Assembly: GCF_963921235.1 (NCBI RefSeq)
Contig: NC_086108.1
Location: 108,564,001-108,628,000 of the forward strand
Length of the DNA: 64,000 nt
Origin: Mobula hypostoma
Taxonomy: Eukaryota
Direction of reading: 5' to 3'
How positions within the stretch are numbered: position 1 is the stretch's first letter; each line of letters opens with the position of its first letter. The notes under the pieces are model-generated. The model had not been told where the DNA came from and did not search any database. It worked only from the letters and a program-made list of their open reading frames with translations. Below, in pieces: positions 47,047 to 60,098 of the stretch. The position numbers and the translations under genes are program-made.

Positions 47047-49699
47047 TTGCATGCATGTTACATTGGTACCGGAATTGTGGCGACACTAGCGGGCTGTCCC
47101 GAGCACAATCCTTAGACTGTTGATCGTTGATGCAAAGCAATGCATTTCACTGTATGTTTCACTGCTTCAATGTTTCTTGCAACAAATAAGGCTAATCTGA
47201 ACAGGCATCAAATGTGTGCATTTCTGATCACCTCATTACAGGAAGGAGGAGGAGACCCTGGAGAAAGGTGAAGAAGAAGTTTACCCGTTAGTTGCCTGGA
47301 TTAGAGAGTATCAGCTGTGAGGGTGGGACAGATAGGGTGACCTGCAGGCTAGTGGAGGGAAGGAGACCTTTACACCTCCTTTGGTAGAGGGGTGGGTACC
47401 TTATTGAGGATCAACTTTATTCACCATTTACATTTACATGTATTAGGAATTTGCTGTGGTGATGTTGGTCAGGGGGTGGGTCAGGCAGCTCTACTGGTAA
47501 GGAATGGCATCAAATCAGTAGAAAGATGTGACATAGGATCAGAAGATGTTGAACCCTTGTGGGTTGAGTTAAGAAACTGCAAGAGTAAAAGGACCCTGAT
47601 GGCAGTTATATTCCGGCCTCCCAAAGGTGGCTGAGAGGTGGACCACAGATTACAACAGGAAATAGAAAAGGTGTATCAAAAGGGCAATGTTATGATAGTC
47701 ATGGAAGATTTTAACATGCAGGTCAATTGGGAAAATTAGTTTTTGTAATGGATCTCAAGAGAGTGAGTTTGTTGAATGCCTAAGAGCTGACTTTTTGGAG
47801 TAGTTTGTCGTTGTGCCTAGTAGGGGATCAGCTATACTGGATTGTGTGTTATGTAATGAACCAGAGGTGATTAGGGAGCTTAAGGCATAAGAACCCTACT
47901 TGAAATTTGATAGGGAGAAAGTAAAGTCTGACGTAGCAGTACTTCAGTGGAGTAAAGGAAATTACAGTGGTATGAGTAAAGAGTTGACCAAAGTAAATTG
48001 GAAGGAGCTGCTGGCAGGGATGTCAGCAGAGCAGCAATGGTGTGTGTTTCTGGGAGAAATGAAGAAGGTGCAGGACACGTGTATTCCAAAAATGAAGAAA
48101 TACTCAAATGGCAAAATAGTACAACTGCGCTGACGAGGGAAGTCAAAGCTAATGTAAAAACAAAAGCGAGGGCATACGACAAAAGAAAAATTAGTGGCAA
48201 GATAGAGGATTGGGAAGTTCTTAAAAACTTAGAGACCAACCAAGAGAATCATTAGAGGGGAAAGGATGAAATATGAAGGCAAGCTAGCAAACAAGATCAA
48301 AGTGGATAGTAAAAGCTTTTTCATGTATGTAAAAATAAAAGAGAGATGACAGTGGATATAGGACCGCTAGAAAATGAAACAGGAGAAATAATAACGGGGG
48401 ACAAGGAGATGGCAGATGAGCTAAATGAGTATTTTACATCAGTCTTCACTGTGGAAGACACTAGCAATGTGCCAGATGTTGTAGTGTGTAAAGGAAGAGA
48501 AGTGGGTGCAGTTACATTTACAAGGGAGAAGATGCTCAAAAAGCTGAAAGACCTAAAGGTACATAAGTCACCTGGAGCAGATGAACTGCATCCTAGGGTT
48601 CTGAAAGAGTTGGCGTTAGAGATTGTGGCAGCATTAGAAGTGACCTTTCAAAAAAGATTTGACTCTGGCATGGTGCCAGAGGACTGGAAAATTCAAATGT
48701 CACACCACTCCTTAAGAAAGGAGGAAGGCAGCAGAAAGGAAATTATAGACCAGTTAACCTGACCTCAGAGGTTGGGAAGATGTTGGAGTCAATTGTTAAG
48801 GACGAGGCGATGGAGTACTTGGTGACACAGGACAAAATAGGACAAAGTCAGCATGGTTTCCTTAAGGGAGAATCTTGCCTGACAATCATGTTGGACTTTG
48901 AGAAGATTTCAAGTAGGATAGATAAAGGGGATTCAGTGGATGTTGTACATTTGGACTTTCAGAAGGCCTTTGACAAGGTGCCACATATGAGGCTGCTTAC
49001 CAGGTTAAGAGCCCATGGCATTACAGGGAAGTTACTTACATGGTGAGAGCATTGGGTGATTAGAAGGAGGCAGCAAGTGGGAATAAATAAAGGATCCTTG
49101 CCAGTGACTAGTGGTGTTCTGCAGGGGTCGGTGTTAGGACTGCTTCTTTTTACACTATATATTGATGATCTAGATGTTGGAATAGATGACTTTGTTGCCA
49201 AGTTTGCAGATGATACAAAGATTGGTGGAGAGGCAGGTCATGTTGAAGAAACAGGTAGGATGCAGAAGGACTTAGACAAATTAGGAGAATGGGCAAGAAA
49301 GTGGCAAATGAAATACAATGTTGGAAAATGCATGGTCATGCGCTTTGGTAGTAGAAATAAATCTGCAGGCTATTTTCTAAATAGGAAGAAAATCTAAAAA
49401 TCCGAGGTGCAGAGGGACTTGGGAGCCTTTGTGCAGAACACCCTACAGGTTAACTGGCAGGTTGAGTCTGTGGTGAGGAAGGCAAATGTAATGTTGTAGC
49501 GATGTGCTACACACAGCGCCAGAATAACCACACGGAGTCGGTGAGTTGGAGTTGCGATAAAAGAGGTTTATTCAAACTTCGCGGCCCGCTTTAAAGCCTT
49601 CCCGTTCCCGCCCTTTTTGCTGCCGGCCCTCTGCCTGCGCGCGCTGTTTCGTGAGCCGGTTCGTGGGTGCCAGAAAGTGGGTCGCCACATAACTCACCC

Positions 49700-51183
49700 C
49701 CAGAACCGGCGATACCTCCCCCAATGTCCGCAGTCTGGATCGGCCTCTGTTTGGGAGGTCTGCCCCCGCGCCGCGGTGCCTGAGCCTGGACCGGCTGCGC
49801 CAAGTCCACTTGGGCCGGTTTGAGTCGGTCCACCGTGAAAACCTCCTCTCTCCCCCCAATGTCCAGCACGAACGTGGACCCGTTGTTCCTGATCACCTTA
49901 AACGGCCCCTCGTAGGGCCGCTGTAGCGGTGCCCGGTGTCCGCCCCGTCGTACAAAAAGAAACTTGCAGTTCTGCAGGTCTTTGGGTACGCAGGTCGGGC
50001 TCTGTCCGTGCTGTGAAGTGGGTATGGGGGCCAGGTTACCGAGCCTCTCCCGTAGTCTGTCCAGGACTGCTGTGGGTTCTTCCTCTTGCCCCCTTGGGGC
50101 TGGTATGAACTCTCTTGGGACGACCAGGGGCGCGCCGTACACCAACTCGGCCGACGAGGTGTGCAGATCCTCCTTGGGCGCCGTGCGGATTCCGAGCAGG
50201 ACCCAGGGAAGTTCGTCCACCCAGTTGGCCCCTCCAGGCGGGCCATGAGAGCCGACTTCAGGTGACGGTGGAAGCGCTCCACTAGTCCATTCGACTGTGG
50301 GTGGTAGGCAGTTGTGTGGTGTAGCTGAGATCCTAAAAGTCTGGCCATAGCCGACCACAGGCTGGAGGTGAACTGGGCGCCCCTGTCGGAGGTAATGTGG
50401 GCCGGTACCCCGAAGCGGGCTACCCAGGTTGCGATCAGTGCTCGGGCGCAGGATTCGGAGGTGGTGTCGCTGAGCGGGACTGCCTCTGGCCATCTGGTGA
50501 ACCGGTCTATCATAGTTAGGAGGTACCGCGCTCCTCGTGACACTGGCAGGGGCCCCACGATATCCACATGGATGTGGTCGAACCTCCGGCGGGTGGGTTC
50601 GAACCGCTGCGGTGGAGCCTTGGTGTGCCGCTGCACCTTGGCCGTTTGGCACTGCATGCACGTTTTGGCCCATTCACTGACCTGTTTACGAAGTCCATGC
50701 CACACGAACCTGTTGGAGACCAGCCGGACGGTTGTCCTGATGGAGGGGTGCACTAAGTTGTGAATGGACTCGAACACCCGCCGGCGCCAGGCTGCTGGGA
50801 CGACGGGGCGGAGGTTGGCCGGTAGCTACGTCACACAGTAGGGTCCTCTCACCTGGGCCTACGGGGAGGTCTTGGAGCTGCAAACCGGAGACTGCAGTCC
50901 TGTAACTGGGGATCTCAGCGTCTGCCTGCTGTGCCTCTGCCAGCGCTGCCTAGTCCACCCCCTGGGACAGGGCCTGTATGGTAGGTCTGGAAAGTGCGTC
51001 TGCCACGACATTGTTCTTTCCAGAGACATGCCGGATGTTGTAACTCGTTGGAGGTAAGACGCTGATCTCCGCTCCGGTGTCGACCAAAAAGCGGCGTCCT
51101 GACTGCTTGTCCCAGACGTACAGGAGGCTGTCCTGATGGCCAGCCGCCGTAGCCATCAGCGGCAGCTGGCCCTGGCGTTTCCC
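49700..51183 (-). pseudogene. pol: Gypsy pol remnant: protease fused to the RNaseH end, then integrase (frameshifted)
   Basis: FLVDTGAEISVLP joined to IRHVSGKNNVVADALSR; HHCC (HNLVHPS..CMQC), HVDIVGPLP, SDRGAQF, NGLVERFH, YEGPFKV. Confidence 0.9.
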
Positions 51184-51860
51184 GGGAATTTGCAGGGTGG
51201 TCTGCAGCGGCGGGCCTCCGTGCCCCACCGCTGGTGGTAGAAACACCATTGTTCCTTGGGCTCCTCACTCCCGTCGCCGGGTTTTGTAGGCTCTGCTGCC
51301 GGGTCTGGTCTGGTCTGTCGTTGGGCACGCGGCTTGGTGATCTGTGCGACGGATGCCCCTCTCTCTTTCCTGGCATTCCACAGCACATCTGCTCGGGCCG
51401 CCACCTCCCGGGGGTCGCTGAAATCTGCGTCGGACAGCAGCAGGCATTCGTCCTCGGGCAGTTGCTCTAGGAACGCCTGCTCAAACATGAGGCAGGGTTT
51501 GTGTCCTTCAGCCAGGGCCAGCATCTCGTTCAATAATGCTGATGGCGGCCTGTCTCCCAAACCATCCAGGTGCATTAAGCGGCGTGCTCGTTCGCGCCGT
51601 GAGAGTCCGAAAGTCCTTATGAGCAGGGCTTTGAATGCTGTGTATTTGTCGTCCTCCGGGGGCGACTGTGTAAACTTCTCAACTTGTGCAGCAGTCTCCT
51701 GGTCGAGGGAGCTCAGCACGTAGTAGTAGCCAGTGGACTCCGAGGTTATCTGCCGAATGTGGAATTGTGCTTCTGCTTGTTCGAACTATAAATGGGGTCG
51801 CAGCGTCCAGAAGCCCGGCAGTTCCAACGAAACTGTGTGAACAGATGCAGCGTCGGTCAT
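51156..51860 (-). pseudogene. gag: Gypsy gag (one premature TAG at 51786-88)
   Basis: MTDAASVHTVSLELPGFW..FEQAEAQF..LGDRPPSALL..WCFYHQRWGTEARRCRPPC. Confidence 0.85.
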
Positions 51861-51884
51861 CTCTGGTCCAAATATCGTTTGGGC

Positions 51885-51898
51885 CGTCGGGGTCACCA
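51885..51898 (-). promoter_or_regulatory. Primer-binding site complementary to tRNA-Trp
   Basis: TGGTGACCCCGACG, 2 nt after the 5' LTR. Confidence 0.85.
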
Positions 51899-54800
51899 AT
51901 TGTAGCGGTGTGCTACACACAGCGCTAGAATAACCACACGGAGTCGGTGAGTTGGAGTTGCGATAAAAGAGGTTTATTCAAACTCGCGGCCTGCTTTAAA
52001 GCCTTCCCGTTCCCGCCCTTTTTGCTGCCCGCCCTCTGCCTGCACGCGCTGTTTCGTGAGCCGGTTCGTGGGTGTCAGAAAGTGGGTCGCCACAGTGTTA
52101 ACATTCATTTCAAGAGGTCTAGAATACAAGAGCAGGAATGTGATGCTGAGGCTTTATAAGCCACTGGTGAGGCCTCACCTTGAGTATTCTGAACAGTTTT
52201 GGGCCCCTCATCTTACAAGAAATATGCTGCCATTGGAAAGGGTCCAGAGGAGGTTCACAAGGATGATTTCAGGAATGAAAGGATTATCATACGAGGAACG
52301 TTTGATGGCTCTGGGTCTGTACTCTCTGGATCTTAGAAGGATGGGGGGGGGGGAATCTCATTGAAACCTTTTGAATGTTGAAAGGCCTGGACAGAGTAGA
52401 TGTGGAAAGGATGTTTCCCTTGGTGGGAGAGTCTAGGACAAGAGGGCACAGCCTCAGGACATAGGTACGTCCATTCAAAACAGAGATGCAGAGAAATTCC
52501 GTTAGCCAGAGGATGATAAATTTGTGGAGTTTGTTGCCACATGTAGTTGTGGAGGCCGGGTCATTGGGTGTATTTAAGGCAGAGATTGATAGGTTCTTTA
52601 TTGGACATGTCATCAAAGGTTACAGGGAGAAGGCCAGGAAATGGGGTTGAGGAGGAGAAAAAAAGGATCAGCCATGATTGAATATATCGAGGTTTATAAA
52701 ACCATGAGGGGCACAGGTAAAGTGAATGGTCACAGTCTTTATCACAGGGAAGGAACATCTAAAACTGGGGGGCATTGATTTAACTTGAAAGGGATAACAT
52801 TTAAAGAAAGACCCACGAGAGGTTGTTTTAATATTCAAGATTGTTTAATGTCATTTGCAGTACACACGTGCAAAGGAAAATGAAATAATTGTTATTCTGG
52901 ATCTGATGCCGTGCAAAAACACACACAATAAGATAAAGAACACAATAATAATAAAAACATATTAAATATATATTCATAACATAGCTTATCTACATAGATT
53001 GATTTGATGTCTATAAAGTGACGCTAGGTACAAGGGTGTCTGTAAATAAAGTGGCTGACAGGAAATGACGAAGTAGTGGTGGTTGGGGGTGTGAAGGGGT
53101 GGGTTAGTGGGTGGAGGTGTTGATCAGCCTCACTGCTTCAGGAAAGTAACTGTTTTTGAGTCTGGTGGTCCTGGTGTGGGTGCTATGTTGACTCCTCCTT
53201 GATGAGAGTGGGACAAACAGTCCATGCGTAGGCTGGGAGGGATCCCTTATGATGTTACTGGCCCTTTCTGTATACGTGTCCTTGATGGTGGGTGGGTTGG
53301 TGCCGGTGAAGCATTGGGTAGTTTTGACTACCTATTGCTCACTCAAAAAGTGGTGCATATATGGAATGAACTTCCAGAGGAATCTGTAGAAGTAGGTGCA
53401 ATTACAATGTTTTAAGAGTATTCAGACAGCAAGATTCCAACAACTGAAGTCACATGTCTAGAGAGGTAAATGGATAGAAAAGATATAGAGGGACTTAGGG
53501 CAAATACAGACAAATGTGATTATGAGGGGTATAGGCAGCCTCATAGAGGTCATTGGTTATGGGTGAAAAGTGAAATGATAGAAAGGTATCTAAGGGGAAA
53601 TCCTTTACTCAGTGGGAAGAAGAACGTGGAATGAGCTGCCAGTAGAAGAGGTGGATGTGGATACTTGATCAGCTTAGTTAAGTGCATGGATGGGAGGACT
53701 ATGGACGGCTATGATCCAGGTGCAGGTTGATGGGTCCAGGCAGAATAACAGTTCAGCATGGACTAGAAGGGCTGAAGGGCCTGCTTCTGTACTGTATGAC
53801 TCCAAAGGCACTTTCAGAACAGTAAGAATGACTGAAGGCATTTTTAGAATCTGAAGCCCGCAGTTATCAAAAAATGTGATTTGCTTTTGCTAACAGTGTG
53901 ATAAGGAAAATCTCCACTCCTCCAGCTCTTCATGTCTATTGGCTATCAGAAACCATGGCAATAAGTGACCAACTGTGAATCATAGCAACATAACCAGTCA
54001 AAAAGCATGGTGTTAAGTAATCATTCAGGAACCATGGCAACACACAATCAGAAACCAGGATCATTGTCATGCCTTAATAATGGAAATGCAAAAACGGAAA
54101 TGGCAAAATCAATAGCTGAAATAAAGTTCAAAGTTCAAAGTAAATTTATTATCGAAGTATGTGCAGGTTACCATATACAATCAAGAGATTCCTTTTCCTG
54201 CAGGCATTCACAGTAGAATAGAGAAGTATAATGGAATCAATGAAAAACTACACTCAGACAAAGTCCATAAGACCATAAGCCCATAAGACACAGGAGCAGA
54301 ATTAGGCCATTTGACTCATCGAGTCTGCTCCACCATTCAATCATGGCTGATCCTTTTTTCCCCTCCTCAGCCCCACTCCCTGGCCTTCTCCCCGTAACCT
54401 TTGAGGGCATGTCCAATCAAGAACCTATCAATCTCTGCCCCAATCAGCTGGCCTCCAAAGCTGCACGTGGCAACAAATTCCACAAATTCACCACCATCTG
54501 GCTAAAGGAATTTCTCCGTACCTCTGTTTTCAATGGACATCCCTCTATTCTGAGGCTATGCCTTCTTGTCTTAGACTCTCCCACCATGGGAAACATCCTT
54601 TCCACGTCTACGCTGTCTGGATCCTTTCATCATTTGAAAGTTTCACTGAGAGCCCCCCTCATCCTTCTAAATTCCATTGAGTACAGACACAGAACCATCA
54701 AATGTTCCTGGTATGAGAACCCTTTCGTTCCCGAAATCATCCTTCTGAGTCTCTTCTGAACCCTCTCCAATGCCAAACGAGACAGGCAACCAACCAATAT

Positions 54801-55274
54801 GTAAATGACGACAAACTGTCCAAGTTTTGAAAAATAAACAATACTGAGAGCATGAGTTGTAGAGCCATTGAAAGTGAGTCCATAGGTTTTAGAGTCAGTT
54901 CAGAGGGAATTTGGGTGAAAAAGAGAAAAAAAGATCAATATAGACAGAAATAGATTTAAACCCTTAGCAGATCAGGCAGCGTCTGAGAACAGAGAAAAAG
55001 AGTTAACATTTTGTGTTCAGGATCCTTCTTAAAGGGTGTCTGAGAGATTGTGTCCAAGTTACCTCGAGAAGAAATAAGTAGATGATCCATCACCTCTACA
55101 CTTGTAGTGTAAGGATGCTGTAGGCATCCATAGATCCCTCAAAATTCCCACACAATTTGATTGGATAGTTAAGAAGATGCTTGGCGTGTTGACCTTCCTT
55201 AGTCAGAGGATTGATTGAGTCCAAGAGTCACAAGGTAATGTTGCAGCTCTATAAATCCCTGTTCTTTTTTTGTT

Positions 55275-55582
55275 TGGTGTGTGACCAAGTGGTTAAGGCA
55301 TCGGTCTATTGATCTGAAGGTTGCTAGTTCGAGCCTCAACCGAGGTAGTGTGTTGTGTCCTTGAGCAAGGCACTTACCCACACATTTCTCTGTGACGACA
55401 CCAGTGCCAAGCTGTATGGGTCTTAATGCCCTTCCCTTGGGCAACATCGGTGGCGTGGAGAGGGGAGACTTGCAGCATGGGCAACTGCCGGTCTTCCATA
55501 CAACCTTGCCCAGGCCTACGCCCTGGAAACCTTCCAAGGCGCAAATCCATGGTCACATGAGACTAACGGATGCCTTTTTTTT
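55275..55582 (+). mobile_element. tRNA/CORE SINE (10157 family) inside a CR1 fragment (55160-56375)
   Basis: Colinear with 10157-10453 including the tail GACTAACGGATGCCT. Confidence 0.85.
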
Positions 55583-55984
55583 TATAAAACCCTGGTTGGA
55601 CCACACTTGAAATATTGTGCTGAATTCACTTCCACTCATTCTATTAAGGATAGGATGCTTTAGAGAGAGTGCAGAGGAGAGATACCAGGATACTGCCTGG
55701 ACTAGAGGGCATGTCTTATGATGATATGTAGAGTGAGCTAGACTTCCTCCATTGCAGCAAAGGAAGATGAGAGGTGACTTGACAGAAGTGTACAAGATAA
55801 TAAGAGGCATAGATAGAGTGGACAGCCAGAGACTTTTTCCCATGGCTGAAATAGCTAATAGTGTGCATAATGTTAAGGTGATTGCAGGAAGGTATGGGGG
55901 GATGTCAAAGTTACACAGAGAGTGGTGGGTGAGTTTGTGTTCTGGAGGCAGATACATTCAGGTCATTTAAGAAACTCTTTGATC

Positions 55985-56272
55985 AGCATGATAACGTAGT
56001 GGTTAGCACAATACTTTACAGCATCAGCAACGCAGGTTCAATTCCCGCTACTGCCTGCGTGGAGTTTCTGTGTTTTCCCGTGACCGTGTGGGTTTCCTCC
56101 GGGATCTTCAGTTTCCTCACACAGTCCAAAGGCTTAACAGTTGGTAGGTTAGTTGCCATTGTAAACTATACTGTGATTAGGCAAGGATTAAATTGGGGAA
56201 TTGCTGGGTGACATGGTTTGAAGGGCTGGAAGGATGTGTTCTGTGTGGTATCTCAATATATAAATAATAAAT
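55985..56272 (+). mobile_element. V-SINE (HE1-like)
   Basis: GTAGTGGTTAGCAC, GGTTCAATTCCC, GTGTGGGTTTCCTCCGGG..CAGTCCAAAG, TAAA tail. Confidence 0.8.
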
Positions 56273-56613
56273 AATGGACGGCAATGTAGGAGAGAAGCGT
56301 TAGAGTAGGTTAAAGAGTTGGCATGATAGTGTGGGCTGAAGGGCCTGTACTGTGCTGTAATGATCTATTTCTATGTAGATTACAAATCTTCAAATAAAAT
56401 GTATTTCTAAAAAATACAAAAGGGCATCTTCTGTGCTAATATATGTTAGTCCATTTAATATCAAAGTTGCTTAATGATAACATCTTCCCAAAAATTGTAA
56501 TGCTGTCTGTTGCTTCAGAATGAATTGCATTTTTGCTGAACATTACTGTCTTTAGTTGAAATCAGAAAATGCACGCAGAGCCTTTTCTGATTTTTGTCTC
56601 ACTGAGAAGTCTA

Positions 56614-57029
56614 CAGTACTGTTCAAACCTCTTAGGCAAATATATGTAGCACAGTACTAAGACCTTTGTACAGTATTCAGCATGGAGTGGAGAGTGAATT
56701 TGTAAATCTGGCAGGAGCAAAGGATGTAGGAAATGGTGAGTGGCGGGTTGGGGGTACCATGGAGAGTGTGGGACGGGTGGCAGAGAAGGAGTGCCAAAGG
56801 TGGGAGTTGTCATGGGTACAGACACACCCAGCTCCGAGACACCGGGCAAGGTAATTTAATTTCAAACATTTGGCTTATTGAAGGTTAAAGAATGCCTATC
56901 TGGTGCTTTCCACTCTCTCCCCTCTCCTTTTTCCTTTACCCAGCCATGATTCCCCTCTGCCACCCCTTCTCACTCTCAGTCCACAATAGGGACCCTCATA
57001 TGTGTGTCTAAGACCTTGAAACAGAACTG
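56614..57029. mobile_element. Tc1-like MITE composite, second copy
   Basis: TA-CAGTACTG..CAGAACTG-TA ends; mini-palindrome at 56614-56677. Confidence 0.65.
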
Positions 57030-58242
57030 TAAGTTGAAGGGAGCGTATTAATCGTCAATAAAGGGGAGACTGATTGATGAGCATCTAAAAGCAAATAGGA
57101 AAAGTAATAAACTGGAACCTTAATTTCCAGCTTTAGAAACGAGTTTCAGTAGTCCAGAAGACCACAAGACGAACAAGGCCAATCAGCTCATGGAGTCTGT
57201 TTCGTCATTTTTTCATGGCTGATTTATTATCCTACTCAATACTTTCTCCTACCTTTTCCCATAACCTTTGATGCCCTTATTAACCAAGAACCCTATCAGC
57301 CTCCGCTTCAAATATACCCAATGGCTTGGCCTTCACAGCCATCTGTGGTAATGCATTCAACAGATTCATGATCTTTCCAAGAATGAAACATAACTTGCTG
57401 GAGGAACTTAGCAAGTCTGGAGGAAAGTAAATGCTTCCTCGCCACAGAGGCTGCCTATGCTATCGAGTTCTTCCAGCATTTTGTGTTTTCTCCACTTAGC
57501 ACCTGCTCCTGCTCCTACCTCCACCACCTTCACTGGCAGTTCATTCCAGAAAACATCTACTCGTTGTTTAACAAATATACCCCTCAGATTCTCTTGAAAC
57601 CTCCTGCCTCACACCTTAGAGTCATAAAAAGCACTACAGTATAGACCATAAGATATAGGAGCATAATTAAGCCATTTGGCCCATTGAGTCTGCTCCGCCA
57701 TTCCATCATGGCTGATCCAATTTTCTTCTCAGACCTAGTCTCCTGCCTTCTTCCTGTATCCCTTCATACCTTGACCAATCAAGAATCTATCAACCACTGC
57801 ATTAAATATACCCATTGACTGGCCCTTCAGCTCATCTGGTCCGTACCGTACTATTATTCTGTATTGTCTAATCAACCCGCACATGGATAATAGCCCTCCA
57901 TCCCTCTCCCATACACGTACTGTCCAAACTCCTTTTAAATGCTGAAATCCACCATATATGCTGGCAGCTCGTTCCACATTCTCATCACCCTCTAAATGAA
58001 GAAGATTCCTCTCATGTCCCCATTGAATATTTCACCTTTCACCTTTCACCCTGAACCTATGATCACTAGTTCTAGTCTTAAAAATCCTGTTTGCATTACC
58101 CTCATAATTTTATTTTCCACTAGCAAATCACCCCTTATTCTCTTACGCTCCAGGGAATAAAATCCTAATTTAAATCTTTATTCACTTTCCTACTTGTCTT
58201 AGAACCCTCTGCCATGCGTAATAGGTCATGTTGGGTTGCCAT

Positions 58243-58485
58243 GGGGGGGCATAGCAGTTAGCTCCATGCTATTATAGCTCGGGGCATTAGAGTTCAGAGT
58301 TCAGTTCCAGCACCGACTGCTCTGGGACCCTCCCACATTCAATGACATACCGGTTTCTAGGTTAATTGGTCATTGTAAATTGTCCAGGGATTAGGCTAGG
58401 GTTAAAAAGGTAGGGTGCCAGTCGGTGTGGCTTGTAGGGCCGGTGGGGCCCGTTCCATGCTGTATCTCTAAATAAAATAAATAAT
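58243..58485 (+). mobile_element. V-SINE (HE1-like)
   Basis: CTCCCACATTCAATGAC, GGTTAATTGGTCATTGTAAATTGTCC, tail GCTGTATCTCTAAATAAA. Confidence 0.7.
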
Positions 58486-59142
58486 TTTATGTTCCTTCAC
58501 TCCAGGGAAGACAACCCCTGCCTGTTGAATCTCCCTTGATAACTCGCTGAGATATTTATTCAAGACTCAGGCTATAAGTAAAATCATTCATCCAATGTGC
58601 AGACACTGCAACGTCTCTCCTTTGATGGTGTGAAAGGGTAGAACGTGAGGTACGCAGGTGGTCGTCAGAAGTGTGCAGTTGAGACCATCCCTGGAGGAAG
58701 GCAAAGTTTATGGCACAAATCTTTTCATTATGATCTCCACTCAGAAAGGAACTCAAAAATGATAAAATGGTAACGAATATGAATAATTATACTATCATGT
58801 GAAAAAAATTGAGCAATGCATTCTAATTAAAGTCAAAGAGACAGGAAGATAATGGACTTCATTAGGGACTTAATATGTTCAGATGACTATATAGGTTCAG
58901 CTCTTTAAGTTTCTGATGGTTGATTCATGATCCTTGGTTTGCAGCAAGGGCAGGGAGATGAATATTGATAGATTTATGCCTTATCATCTGGTATGGAGTT
59001 GCCACTGTGCAGGATTGGAAAAAGGTGCTGAAAGTTGTAAGCTCAACCAACTCCATCATGGGCACCAGCCTCTCCAGCATCGAGGGCACCTTCAAATGAT
59101 GGTGACCCAAAAAGACGGAATCTGTCATTAAGAACCTAAGCC

Positions 59143-59560
59143 TTGGGTGGCAGGGTGGAGATACATCTCCACCAAAGGAGGTGTAAAGTGCTCCTTCTCT
59201 CCGCTAGCCTGCAGGTCACCCTTGGGTAAGGTATACAACCTGCTTAGGAACATCTCCCCCCCCGCCCCCACCACTGATCAAGATCACGTGGTCATGTGAA
59301 GCCATGGGAGCAGGTGGTGGATGGTCGTATGAGCCGCTGGTACATATCACAAGTCCTGGTTATGTGACCACTGACACCAGGCAGACAATCTCTGAAGAGT
59401 ATTGATAATGACTGGGGTCACCCGTCTTGTAAGGACATTGCCCAGAAGAAGGCAATGGCAAACAACTTCTATAGAAAAAGTTTGCCAGAAACAATCCTGA
59501 TCATGGAAAGACCATGATTGCCTCCGTCATATGACACGGCAGATAATGAACAAATGATAA
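59143..59560 (+). mobile_element. RTE-related non-autonomous retroposon, copy 2, inside a Rex fragment
   Basis: Colinear with 960-1334. Confidence 0.7.
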
Positions 59561-60098
59561 CTTGGGACATAATCTCTTCTCAGAGTCACGACGAAGAAGG
59601 AGGTACAAGAGTCTGAAAAAACACACTCAACATTTTAGGAAAAGCTTGTTCCTCACCACCATTAGAGTTCTGAATGGACAATGAACCCATGTTCATTACC
59701 TCACTGTTTTTCCTTTTCTTTTTTTCTCTCTTTTTTGCTATTTATTTAACTCTAATTTATATATATACTTTTCTTTTTGTAATTTATAGTATCTTTATTA
59801 TGTAAAGCAATGTACTGCCACTGTAAAAATAACATATGCCGGTGATATCAAACCTGATTTGCCCCATCATTTAGCACAGTTACAAGGAGTGCTGCCACAA
59901 GAAACCAGCACCCATCATCTGATATCTCCTCCATCTAGGGATAAAGTTCTAGCCTATTGAGCCATTGCCATTAACTCAGGCCTTCAGTTTAGTCTAAACT
60001 TCAAAGTAAATTTATTATCAAAGTACATATGCGTTATCACATACAACCCTGAGGTTCGTTTTCTTGTGGGCACTTACAGTGAATACAAAGAAACAAAA

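Larger units (their letters stand above)
44683..47200 (+). mobile_element. V-SINE-headed element split by a solo LTR and a Rex LINE
   Basis: Head and V domain at 44683-44847; tail GGCGACACTAGCGGGCTG..AAATAAGGCTAATCT at 47053-47200. Confidence 0.6.
49495..52094 (-). mobile_element. Gypsy LTR retrotransposon with internal RT-RNaseH deletion
   Basis: TG..CA LTRs at 49495-49689 and 51901-52094; 4 bp TSD ATGT/GTGT; PBS, PPT, gag, protease and integrase present. Confidence 0.95.
47475..52685 (+). mobile_element. Old CR1 ORF2 + tail, interrupted by a Gypsy element
   Basis: VEPLWVELRN, SPGADELHPRVLKE, LDFQKAFDKVPH, KFADD; reading resumes after 52094 (LTFISRGLEY). Confidence 0.9.

Noticed and set aside
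58556..58756. Minus-strand exon after the CCTTCCTCCAG acceptor
   Set aside because: No convincing donor site and no recognisable peptide in any frame.
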